From Chiloscyllium plagiosum (lineage: Eukaryota), in assembly GCF_004010195.1 (NCBI RefSeq), contig NC_057752.1:8196304-8216303 (forward strand): a stretch of DNA of 20,000 bases, in the 5' to 3' direction. Positions within the stretch are counted from its first letter, which is position 1. Every line of letters begins with the position of its first letter. Shown piece after piece: positions 1 to 10,282 of the stretch. The notes below the pieces were generated by a model. It made no database searches, was not told the DNA's origin, and saw only the letters and a program-made list of their open reading frames with translations. The translations under genes were made by a program, and so were the position numbers.

Positions 1-110
1 TTTAGTTCTAAAAAGAACTCAAGCTAAAATACAAAAACATTTTTACTGGCCTGGACTGCATAAGGATGTAGTTGAATTTTGCCAGACATACCATACATGT
101 CAGGTAATTG

Positions 111-478
111 TCAAGAGTGTGGTGCTGGAAAAGCACAGCAGATCAGGCAGCATCAGAGGAGCAGGAGAATCAATGTTTCAGGCATAAGCCCTTCATCAGG
201 AATGAGGCTTGTGGGCTGCGCGGGCTGAGAGATAAATGGAAGGGGGGGAGGGGCTGGAGGGGAAGGTAGCTGAGAATGAAATAGGTAGATGAAGGTGGTG
301 CACAAGGTGATAGGTCAGAGAGGAAGGTGGAGTGGATGGATAGGAAAGACGATTGACAGGTCAAGAGGGCAGTGCCGAATTGGAAGGTTGGGACTGGGAT
401 AAGGATGGGTGAGGGGAAATGGGGAAACTGGTGAAATCCACATTATCCCTCTTGGTTGCAGGATCCCAAGGCGGAAGA
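111..478 (-). mobile_element. Penelope-like element (Neptune-type) 3' fragment/pseudo-LTR
   Basis: Reverse complement aligns by eye to 14015-14405 (IFRLGILQPRGI end of GIY-YIG domain, C-rich UTR, hammerhead motif). Flanked by TAATTG at 105-110 and 479-484. Confidence 0.85.
167..204 (-). ncRNA. Minimal hammerhead ribozyme-like motif (degenerate)
   Basis: Minus strand CTGATGA-AGGGC-TTAT-GCCT-GAAA-CATT, with CpG-type decay around the cleavage triplet. Confidence 0.55.
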
Positions 479-520
479 TAATTGGAAAACCACAGGCAGT
501 AATAAAAACCACATCTTTAA

Positions 521-757
521 CCCGCACATTCTCCCTGTGTCTGCGTGGGTTTCCTCCGGGTGCTCCGGTTTCCTCCCACACTCCAAAAATGTGCAGGTTA
601 GGTGAATTGGCCATGCTAAATTGCCCGTAGTGTTAGGTGAAGGGGTAAATGTAGGGGAATGGGTCTGCCTGGGTTGCGCTTCGGCGGGTCGGTGTGGACT
701 TGTTGGGCCGAAGGGCCTGCTTCCACATCGTAAGTAATCTAATCTAATCTAATCTAT
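521..757 (+). mobile_element. HE1-like V-SINE, 5'-truncated
   Basis: V-domain CTCCCTGTGTCTGCGTGGGTTTCCTCCGGGTGCTCCGGTTTCCTCCCACA, CR1-like 3' end GGGCCGAAGGGCCTG and (TAATC)n tail. TSD TCTTTAA at 514-520 and 758-764. Confidence 0.9.
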
Positions 758-1779
758 TCTTTAATACTTAGTCCTGAATTTGAGGAACCTTTAACAAGCA
801 TCTTAATTGATTGTGTAGGACCCCTACCTAAAACAAAAAGTGGGAATCAGTATTTGTTAACAATAATGGATGTGTCCACTATATTTCCAGAGGCCATTCC
901 ATTATGCAATATCACAGCTAAAAGGATTGTAGAGGAATTACTCAAATTTTTCACAAGATATGGATTACCCACAGAGATACAATCAGGTCAAGGGTCAAAG
1001 TTTACATTAAAATTATTCAAGGAAGTTATGGACAGCTTAGGAATAAAACACTTCAAATCCACTGCGTACCATCCAGAGTTGCAGGAAATGCTCGAAAGGT
1101 GGCATCAGATGATAAAAACAATGTTGAGGGCTTATAGATGATTAGGATAAAAGAATTCAGTCTGTACTTTTTGCCGTTAGAGATGAACCAGATGAATTGA
1201 CTAAATTCAGTCCATTTGAATTAGCTTTTGGGCACGAAGTGAGAGGACTATTAAAATTGATTAAGGAGAAATTGGTGAGTAAGAATTCAGAAACCACAGA
1301 TTTGGATTATGTGTCAAATTTTAGGGAATGTTTTTAAATAGAGCAGGGAGTTGGCTAGACAGCATTTAAAAGTATCACAGCATATGATGAACAGGAAGCA
1401 GACAAGAAATCAAAAACTCGCAATTTTGCTATTGGAGATAAAGTGTTAGTGTTATTTCCAATGATAGGTGAACCTTTAAAAGCAAAGTTTAGTGGACCTT
1501 ATCAAATCAAAAGGAGACTAAATGGGGTGAATTATTTGCTAAGGACTCCAGACAGAAAGAAATCTCACAGAGTGTGTCGTATGAATATGATAAGGGAAGG
1601 AAAGCAAAAGGAGAATGTGTTACTGGTTACAACATTGAGAGAAGAACCAAGTTCAGAGGATTCTGAACTAGACATTCCTCAAATCAAATTGGACAATGAG
1701 GAAGTTGTCAAAAATTGGGATAACTTATTGAGTTACCTTCCAGAGGAAAATTGAAATCACATGGGGAGATATGTGGAAA

Positions 1780-3050
1780 TAAGCTGGGAAGTACTAATTT
1801 AAATATGCATGATGTAGATATAGGAATTGCTGTTCTAATTAAGCAATTTCCATATAGACTGCACCCTCTAAAGTTGGCACAGGTTCAAAAGGAGGTTGAA
1901 TGCATGCTTCAAGACAACATAATCAAATCGCAATGACTGCAGCTCACCCATAGTAACAGTGCCAAAACCAGATGGCACCCAACAGTTTTGTGTGACTATC
2001 GCAAAGCCAGTGCAGTTACTAAGTCTGATTCAAATCTGATTCCACATTTGGAAGACCATACTGAAAAGGTGGGACAAGCCACTTTTATTTCTAAGTTGGA
2101 CTCACTCAGAGGATATTGGCAGGTACCTTTATCCGAAAGAGCAAAGGCAATTTCGACTTTCATAATACTTAATGGACTGTATCAATTTAAAGTCATGCCA
2201 TTTGGTATGAAATAAAGTCATTTCTGGATAACCCAATTGTGTGGTTTACATCGATGACCTGGTGAGTTTTAGTCACACACGGAAGGAACATTTACAACAC
2301 TTAACAGAATTATTTGATCAACTTCAAGAGGTAGGCTTGGTGATAACCCTGGCTAAAAGTGAATTTGCCAAGGCCCAAGTCACCTTCCTGGGCCATTTTA
2401 TCAGACATGGACAGATGGCCCCACAGACTGTAAAAACAAAAGGTAATTGGAGAGTTTCCCATACCATCGATGAAGAGAGCAGTACTACAATTCCGGGGAT
2501 TGGGTGGGTTTTATTGGAAATTCGTACTGAATTTTAGCAGCATGGCTACTCCACTCACTGAATTACTAAAGAAAGGCAGGAAGTTTCAGTGGATGGCAGG
2601 CTGTCAGAAGTCATTTGACAGCCTGAAAGCTGTGTTAATCACTACCTCAGTATTAGCCACACCTAATTACGCAAAGCCATTCAAGGTGGCTATCGATGCA
2701 AGTGATGTGGGTATTGGTGCCGTACTCTCACAAGAAGAGGACGAGAAGATAGAAAGACTATTGGATATTCCTCCTGGAAACTGAACATTCATCAGCAGAA
2801 ATATTCGACAATTGAGAAGCAGACTTTGAGCCTGGTGTTGGTGTGACAACATTTCAACATTTGTGTTGCCAATAATGTGTCTGAGACAATCATATATACT
2901 TTTCATAACCCATTCAAGTTTTTGAAGAAATTTAAGGACAAAAATTCCAGTCAGTTTAGATGGAGCTTTTTATTGCAGCCATTCAATTTGAAAATTGTAA
3001 TGTGGCAGGGCGAGAAAATGTTATTGGTGACACATTGTCAAGACTTGGAT
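1780..3050 (+). pseudogene. Reverse transcriptase and RNase H region of pol (fragmented)
   Basis: KQFPYRL, VPKPDG, DYRK, SKLDSLRGYWQV, MPFGMK, YIDD, VTFLGH, FLG-like GLGGFYWKFV, DASDVGIGAVL, C-terminal ENVIGDTLSR. Spread over several frames. Confidence 0.92.
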
Positions 3051-3212
3051 CAGAAATGGAGGTATTCGATGGCAGGAGTGAACAGACTGAAATAGAATGT
3101 AGTAGTGCATGTTCTAGTCAATGTAATATATATGTATTGTAATGTACTAACACTGTAAGAGTAAAGGGTTTTAAAATGAAGCCATCTTTGTGTATTGATG
3201 ATTCATTTTTTT

Positions 3213-3225
3213 AAGGGGGGGGGGG
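3213..3225 (+). promoter_or_regulatory. Polypurine tract (plus-strand primer site)
   Basis: AA followed by 11 G, preceded by a T-tract and immediately followed by TGATG, ~170 bp after the end of pol. Confidence 0.75.
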
Positions 3226-3662
3226 TGATGCTGCCCTTTAATAAGGTTATGTTGTCCTTGGGTTTTTTTCATAAGGGATCATAAATGTGGAGGTTCCAAT
3301 ATGTCTGGAAATGGCTACATGAAAACAATGGTGGGGAGTGACCAGTTCTCCCAGTTCAGGTTTTTTTTCTAGTTTGGTTTATTTTTAGCAAGCAGTCAAA
3401 AACTGCTGGGGACCTAGAAAAGCAGCTACAGTGAAAAGAGGTTCCATGCTTCAACAGAGGTCTTGCCTGAAATTTCTCTCTGAATTCTCTCCTGCCTGAG
3501 TTTGAATTTACCATTTGCCAAGGGGTGTGTTTATGGGATGTTGCAGGGATTGGAATAGCTCCTTCATTGATTTATGATAGAGTCGGTTGGGTTATCAAAT
3601 ATGTTAAGTTCTAAATTCTATTTTCTTTTGTTGGTGTTTCATTTGTAGCGTTTAAATAAATT

Positions 3663-5160
3663 ATGCCGTAGTTGTGGGTAAGTTCGCTGAGCTGGGAAGT
3701 TGATTTGCAGACATTTCATCCCCTGCATGGTTGACATCGTTTGGAGCCTCTTGTGAGGCGCTGCTGTACTGTGTCTTCTGGAGTTTATTTAGTTCCATTC
3801 TTGCTGCTTCCGGTTGCCGGTTCTGGTAGTTCATTATAGTGGCCAGTATATTGGGTCCTGGTCTATGTGTTTGTTGATGGAGTCCTTGGATGAGTGCCAT
3901 GCTTCTAGAAACTCTCTGGCTGTCCTATGTTTAGCTTTTCCTATGTTCATTGTTTTCTCTCAGTCGAGTTTGTGGTCCTTGTCATCTGTGTGTATGGCTA
4001 CTCAGGACAGCTGGTCGTGGCATTTAGTGGCTAGTTGGTGTTCATGGATGCAGATTGCTAATTGTCTGCTGTTTGTTCTATATAGTGTTTCATGCAGTCT
4101 TTGCATGGAATCTTGTAAATTATGTTAGTCTTACACATGATGGGTATAGGATCCTTTGTTCTGGTGAGTTGTTGTTTGTCGATTTATGGGCTGTCATAAA
4201 TCCGAGTGGTGGGAGACTCTAGCCAGAGAAACAATAGTCAACCTCCTGGACAATCAAAACAAACGATATGACAAGAACCTATCAACAACAACTGCACACT
4301 CAAACTACTGGACCTGTGCTTAACAATACACGTCACATTCAACAGCCAGATATATGAACAGATATTAACATATATGAGATTTTTTTTTATCTAAGGTAGC
4401 GTGGCTAGTGTGTGGTGATGTGGCATGTCCTCGTCCGGTTGTTTGCTAGGCATCTAAGGATGAAGTTGCAGGGGTATCCATTCTTGGTGTAGAGGTGTTC
4501 TTCTTCCTTTCTCAGGTCAGAAGTGCTGTAGTATGTTGTAGCCCTTTTTAACAGGGTCCTAATGCAGCTTCTCTTGTGTGTGCTCGGGTGGTTGCTGTTG
4601 TAGTTCAGGAGCTGGTCTGTGTGTTTGGCTTTTCTGTACACTTTTGTGGTGCATTCACCGTTCTGTGTTCTTTCTACTAATTTAGGATTGAGATGAGGAG
4701 AAATTCCTCGTCTAGTCTTCGCATCGCTGCTTCTGCTATGAGCCTGAAGATGGGTGAGCCCATCCGTGTCCCATTGATCTCTTCATATATCTGGCTGTTG
4801 AATGTGACGTGTATTGTTAAGCACAGGTCCAGTAGTTTGAGTGTGCAGGTGTTGTTAATAGGTTCTAGTTATGTCGTTTGTTTTGTTTGTCCAGGAAGTT
4901 GGCTATTGTCTCTCTGGCTAGAGCTTTGTCAATTGATTCATCCTTGTCTACATTTATGTTCTTGATGATCCTGGAAGCAGCAGGAATGGAACCAAATAAA
5001 TTCCAGAAGACACAGTAGAGCAGCGCTTCACAGGAGGCTCCAAAGCACTGAAGATGTCACTAGACAGGGGATGAAATGTCTGCAAATCAACATCCCAACT
5101 TGGTGATCATAACCATAACCACGACAACTGGCACCCGAGCTACAACTCTTTATGCAAACC
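3663..5160 (-). mobile_element. Penelope-like element (Poseidon-type), 5'-truncated, with inverted pseudo-LTRs
   Basis: Minus strand: LKLLDLCL..FNSQIYEEINGTRMGSPI (RT), VYRKAKHTDQLLNYNSNHPSTHKRS (thumb), TNIIYKIPCKDCMKHYIEQT (GIY-YIG). Terminal inverted repeats ~3663-3812 and ~4971-5125. Imperfect TSD TTAAATA(A/G)ATT at 3652-3662 and 5161-5171. Confidence 0.88.
5045..5083 (+). ncRNA. Minimal hammerhead ribozyme-like motif in the Poseidon-type pseudo-LTR
   Basis: GCA-CTGAAGA-TGTCACTAGACAGGGGAT-GAAA-T-GTC-TGC. Stem I GCA/TGC; stem II weakened. Confidence 0.55.
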
Positions 5161-5314
5161 TTAAATAGATTCTGTTTTATTTAAAGCTGCGTGTTTGACT
5201 AGCTACATCACTTCTGGAATATCCACTTTATATCTGCCTAAAAAAAGCATAAAAAGTTAGGGTCTGGGCTACCTTCTTAAAACCTTTTGAGGAGGTCTGG
5301 CCTGGTCCATAACA

Positions 5315-6010
5315 ATATGAAACTCAGAAGCATTGGAGACTGTGAGGAGGACAGTGAAGAACTCCAAAATGATATTGACAAGTTGGTAGACTGGGCATGG
5401 GGTGGTAGATGAAGTTCAATGTGGAGACGTGTGTGTTAATGCATTTTAGTAGGAAGAACATGGATAGACAATATAAAATAAGAGGTACAATACCTAAAGG
5501 GGTCAGAAGCAGAGGGATCTAGGTATATATATGCATAGATTACAAAAGGTGGCAAGAGAGTGGGAGAGAGCAGTTATTAAAGGATATAATATCCTGGAAC
5601 GTATTAATAGAGACACAGATTACAAAAGCAAATGGGTTATGCTGAACTCTATGAGAAACTTGTTAGATGTCAGCTGGAGTACTGTGTAGAGTTCTGGACA
5701 TCACATTATAGGATGGGTGTGAATGCATTGGAGAGACTACGGAAGAGATTTGCAAAAACTTATTCCAGGGAGGACAGATTGAAGAATTTTGAACTGTTCT
5801 CCAGGGAGAGAAGAATGTTAAGTGGAGATCTGATAGAAGCCTTCAAAATCATGAATGGTCTTGATAGAGTAGATTGGGAGAAATTGTTACTACTCATAAA
5901 AGATCGAGTATGAAAGGGCACAGATTTAAAGTGATTTACAAACATAGCAAATGCAACGTAAGAAAAAACCCTTTTCACACAAGTGATTCAGGTTTGGAAT
6001 TCGCTGCTTA
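5315..6010 (+). mobile_element. CR1 LINE ORF2 C-terminal fragment (degenerate)
   Basis: CEEDSEELQNDIDKLVDWA..MKFNVETC..MHF, LYEKLVRCQLEYCVEFW, LSGDLIEAFKIMNGLDRVD. Confidence 0.85.
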
Positions 6011-6477
6011 AAAGGCTTCTTTGAAGTCATAGGACTGGGGATAATTGCTTACTTTGCTGGGTCTGTTTTGAAGAGTGACCGGATTGGAAAGGTGCTCATT
6101 TTATCTGGTTCAATCAGAGGGAATCCTACTAAGAACAAGCCTGAGTTGGAAGGAAGCTTACCGAGAACAAATTACCCCCTGGTGTCTTCTCAATTCTGAA
6201 AAGAAAACCCACTGGTTGAGTGGGTTTATCCTTTTGAAAGAGTGATTGAAAAAACATCTCAAGATTTTATTTCCACAAGAGACAATCATGCATGTTTGTC
6301 TATATGTGCCAGACTCCCAAACATAATTATGCCTAATACATTTACTTTCAAGAATAACCATGGGTCAAAGTGTTTTTTTTTCAGAAAGCCAATCTCTGCA
6401 GAGAAATGTGTAATGTTTTCTCTTTTTTCCAAAAAGTGTATGTGTTTGTTTGCATATGTGTGTTGAGGTTATTGTTC

Positions 6478-6932
6478 ATGAGATCATAAGAAATTGGAAG
6501 AGGGGGCCCCTCAATTCTGCTGTGCCATTCAATGGCTGATCTGATATTCTTCACATTTAATTTTCTGCCCTTTCCTCATGACCCTTGATTCCCCAGCTGA
6601 TCAAGAATTTATCTCAATCTTAAATAGACACAAGAATTCTACCCCTGGCTCTCTGAGGCAAGGAGTTCCAAAGGCTCTCAACCCTCAGAAGAAATGCTTC
6701 CTCATCTCAATCTCAAATTGGTGCCCCTTTATTCTGAAACTATGCCTTCTGGTCTTAGACTCTCCCATGAGGGGACACATCCTCTCAGCATTTACTTTGT
6801 CAAGCTCTTTAAGAATCTTTTATGTTTCAATAAGATCACCGCTCATTCTTCTAAATTCCAATGAGTCTCAACTTGTTTAGCCTTTGCTCATAAGACAATC
6901 CTTTCATACCAGGGATCATCCTAGTCAACCTT
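6478..6932 (-). mobile_element. CR1 LINE 3' end (degenerate)
   Basis: Minus strand encodes LEFRRMSGDLIET*KILKELDKV, followed by a CR1-type 3' UTR ending in ...TTCTTATGATCT. Confidence 0.8.
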
Positions 6933-7000
6933 TTGCCAGCACTTGGCCCATATCCCTCTAAACCCTTCCTATTCATATACCCATCCAAATTCCTTTTAAA
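6933..7000 (-). mobile_element. Short CR1 3' UTR fragment (second subfamily)
   Basis: Reverse complement CATTTAAAAGGAATTTGGATGGGTATATGAATAGGAAGGGTTTAGAGGGATATGGGCCAAGTG resembles the CR1 3' end at 15655-15712. Confidence 0.7.
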
Positions 7001-7302
7001 TGAACATCAACAGATGCCTAAGGGAAAGACAACGGAACGAGGACATGCCACAACCCAAAGGACTAGCCACACTACCATACATCAAGAGCATTTCCGAACT
7101 GACAGCCAGACTACTGCGACCACTAGGACTCATAACAGCACACAAACCAACAGCCACTCTCAGACAACAACTCACCAGAACGAAGGACCCCAATACCCAG
7201 CATGAGCAAAACCAATGTAGTGTACAAAATCATATGCAAGGACTACACAAAACACTACATAGGACAAACAGGAAAACAGCTAACAATCCGCATACATGAA
7301 CA
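7001..7302 (+). mobile_element. Penelope-like element (Poseidon-type) fragment, linker plus GIY-YIG endonuclease, cut by the gap
   Basis: ATLPYIKSISELTARLLRPLGLITAHKP, then NVVYKIICKDYTKHYIGQTGKQLTIRIHE. Homologous to ~4040-4460. Confidence 0.88.
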
Positions 7303-7817
7303 NNNNNNNNNNNNNNNNNNNNNNNNNNNNNNNNNNNNNNNNNNNNNNNNNNNNNNNNNNNNNNNNNNNNNNNNNNNNNNNNNNNNNNNNNNNNNNNNNN
7401 NNNNNNNNNNNNNNNNNNNNNNNNNNNNNNNNNNNNNNNNNNNNNNNNNNNNNNNNNNNNNNNNNNNNNNNNNNNNNNNNNNNNNNNNNNNNNNNNNNNN
7501 NNNNNNNNNNNNNNNNNNNNNNNNNNNNNNNNNNNNNNNNNNNNNNNNNNNNNNNNNNNNNNNNNNNNNNNNNNNNNNNNNNNNNNNNNNNNNNNNNNNN
7601 NNNNNNNNNNNNNNNNNNNNNNNNNNNNNNNNNNNNNNNNNNNNNNNNNNNNNNNNNNNNNNNNNNNNNNNNNNNNNNNNNNNNNNNNNNNNNNNNNNNN
7701 NNNNNNNNNNNNNNNNNNNNNNNNNNNNNNNNNNNNNNNNNNNNNNNNNNNNNNNNNNNNNNNNNNNNNNNNNNNNNNNNNNNNNNNNNNNNNNNNNNNN
7801 NNNNNNNNNNNNNNNNN
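7303..7817. other. Assembly gap (515 N)
   Basis: Run of N. Confidence 1.
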
Positions 7818-9960
7818 TCCTGTACTCAATACTCTGACCAATAAAGGAAAGCATACCAAACGCCTTCTTCACTATCCTATCTACCAGCGACTCCACTTTC
7901 AAGGAGCTATGAACCTGCACTCCAAGGTCTCTTTGTTCAGCAACACTCCCTAGGACCTTACCATTAAGTGTATAAGTCCTGCTAAGATTTGCTTTCCCAA
8001 AATGCAGCACCTCGCATTTATCTGAATTAAACTCCATCTGCCACTCCTCAGCCCATTGGCCCATCTGGTCAAGATCCTGTTGTAATCTGAGGTAACCCTC
8101 TTTTCTGAAGGCTTCCCATTTTCCAGCCATTCCTTTACCTGCCAACATCTGCCCCCAATCAGCTTTTGAAATTTCTTGCCTAATACTGTCAAAATTAGCC
8201 TTCCTCCAATTTAGAACTTCAATGTTTAGATCTGGTCTGTCCTTTTCCAAAACTATTTTAAAATGAATAGAATTATGGTTGCTTGCCCCAAAGTGCTCCC
8301 CCACTGACACCTCAGTCACCTGCCCTGCCTTATTTCCCAAGAGTAGGTCAAGTTTTGCACCTTCTCTAGTAGGTACATCCACATACTGAATCAGAAAATT
8401 GTCTTGCACACACTTAACAAATTCCTCTCCATCTAACTCCTTAACACTATGGCACTCCCAGTCTATGTTTGGAAAGTTAAAATTCCCTACCATAATCACC
8501 AATTTTGTTTCTCAATTTCCCTCTGACTATTAGGGATTCTATAATACAACCTCAATAATGTGATCATCCCTTTCTTATTTCTCAGTTCCACCCAAATAAC
8601 TTTCCTGGATGTATTCCCAGGAATATCCTCCCTAAGTATAGCTGTAATGCTATCCCTTATCAAAAATGTCACTCCCCTTCCTCTCTTGTCCCCCCTTTCA
8701 ATCCTTCCTGTAACATTTGTATCCTGGAACATTAAGCTGCCAGTCCTGCCTATCCCTGAGCCATGTCCTTGTAATTGCTATGATATCCCAGTCCCATGTT
8801 CCTCACCTGCCTTCCCTGTAAGGCCTCTTGCATTGAAGTAAATGCAGTTTAATTTATCAGTCCTACCTCGTTCTCTGCTTTGTTCCTGCCTGCCGTGACT
8901 GTTTGACTCGCCCCTTTTCCTAACTGTACCAGTCTCAGATTGATCTTTTTCCTCACTATTTCCCTGGGTCCCACTCCCCCACCTTACTAGTTTAAATCCT
9001 TCTGAGCAGCTCTAGCAAATCTCCCTGCCTGTATATTAGTCCCCTTCCAATTTAGGTGCAATCCATCCTTCTTGTACAGGTAACCTCTAATCCAGAAGAG
9101 ATTCAAATGATCTAAAACCGAGAACCCCTCTCCCAGCACCAGCTCCTCAGCCATGTGTTCATCTGCTCTATATCCTCATAATCCTACCTTCACTAGCTCG
9201 TAGCACCGAGAGCAATCCAGATATTACTACCCTCGAAGACCACCATTTTAAATTACTGCCTAACTTTCTATATTCTTCAGGATCTCAACCTTTTCCCTTC
9301 CTATGTTGGCTCCAATGTATACAATGACCTCCTGCTGGTCCCTCTCCCCCTTGAAAATATTCCACACCTTCTCTGAGATATTCTTGATCCTCACACCAGG
9401 AAGTCAACACACTGCTCTGATTTTTCGCTGCTGGCCACAGAAACATCTGTCTGTGCCTCTGACTAGAGACTCTCCTATCACAATCGATCGCTTGGAACCC
9501 GACGTACCCCTCATTTCATTAGAGCCTGTTTTGATACCAGAAACTTGGCTGTTCGTGTTACATTCCCTGAGAGTCCATCACCCCCTACATTTCCCAAAAC
9601 AGCATACTTGTTTGAAATGGGGATAGCCACAGAAGACTCCTGCACTACCTGTCTACCTCTCCTACCTTTCCTGGAGTTAACCCATCTATCTGACTGTATC
9701 TGCAGCTTTTCTCCCTTCCTATAACTGCCATGCATCATACCCCCTTGCTCTTGTAAATTCCCCATTACCTTTAACTGTCGCTCCAACGGATCCATTTGAT
9801 CTGATAGGATTCGCAACCAAAGACACTTCCTGCAAACATAGTGCTCCCTAAACTCCCACATGTAAACACTCCCTAAACTCCCACATCTGACAAGATGAGC
9901 ATATCACTCTACTAAAGGCCATCTTTGCTCCTTCACAATCTGCAGACCCAGAAAATTGCA
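7818..9960 (-). mobile_element. CR1 LINE with ORF1, APE endonuclease and RT C-terminus; most of RT missing
   Basis: ORF1 ~9922-8990. EN motifs GNFNFPNIDW, PTREGAKLDLLL, ASNHNSIHF. Abrupt join WEAFR|KEGYLRLQQDLDQMGQWAEEWQMEFN at ~8100. Confidence 0.9.
8990..9922 (-). pseudogene. CR1 ORF1 (zinc finger/leucine zipper plus SGNH esterase), disrupted
   Basis: MAFSRVICSSCQMWEFRE...CRKC, IPISNKYAVL, IGESLVRGTDRCFC, LYKKDGLHLNW. Frameshifts, and an 18-bp duplication at 9844-9861/9869-9886. Confidence 0.82.
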
Positions 9961-10282
9961 CCGTCATATTTCTCTTAAAAAGAAAACACCGCTCCAGGCT
10001 TACTTAACACTTATGTTTGGTGGCTTCACCAGTTTTACACCTCATCTTTAGGTACTACTACAAACCGACCGACTCCCACAGCTACCTGGACTACACCTCC
10101 TCCCATCCTGCCCCCTGTAAAAACGCCATCCCATTCTCCCAATTCCTTCGACTCCGCCGCATCTGCTCCCAGGAGGACCAGTTCCAAAAACGCACATCCC
10201 AGATGGCCTCCTTCTTCAAGGACCGCAATTTCCCCCCCGACGTGGTCGACGATGCCCCCCACCGCATCTCTTCCACTTCCCG

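Larger units (their letters stand above)
2..1600 (+). pseudogene. Integrase region of pol (Zn-binding, DDE core, GPY/F), split by two insertions
   Basis: Reconstructed reading: KRTQAKIQKHFYWPGLHKDVVEFCQTYHTCQVI|GKPQAVIKTTSL|ILSPEFEEPLTSILIDCVGPLPKTKSGNQYLLTIMD...QSGQGS (second catalytic D replaced by G)...AYHPELQEMLERWHQ...FSPFELAFGHEVRG...KAKFSGPYQI. Confidence 0.9.
1..5314 (+). mobile_element. Gmr1-like Ty3/gypsy LTR retrotransposon, 3' part (IN-RT-RNaseH-PPT-3'LTR), degenerate, with three nested insertions
   Basis: Gypsy-type integrase (2-110, 485-520, 765-~1600) lies upstream of RT (YIDD 2247-2258) and RNase H (DASDVGIGAVL ~2695). PPT at 3213-3225, then an LTR ending CATAACA at 5314. Many stops, frameshifts and deletions. 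Confidence 0.9.
3226..5314 (+). repeat. 3' LTR in two pieces (~3226-3662 and ~5172-5314), split by a Penelope insertion
   Basis: Starts TG after the PPT (start could be 3224) and ends CATAACA, after which CR1 sequence begins. AATAAA at 3655-3660. The 5' LTR is outside the window, so the boundaries are inferred. Confidence 0.65.

Noticed and set aside
735..756. (TAATC)n array as an independent microsatellite or telomere-like repeat
   Set aside because: It is the tandem tail of the SINE and lies inside its TSD.
3663..5160. DNA transposon with terminal inverted repeats
   Set aside because: The repeats are Penelope pseudo-LTRs, and the interior encodes RT and GIY-YIG rather than a transposase.
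7202..8502. Long ORFs of 182-415 aa across the first gap, and similar ORFs across 10283-10647
   Set aside because: Lengths are inflated by N runs, and they join unrelated elements.
9844..9886. 18-bp direct repeat, and a similar short duplication at ~11957-11992, as CRISPR-like or regulatory repeats
   Set aside because: Only two copies each, inside decayed CR1s; simple slippage duplications.
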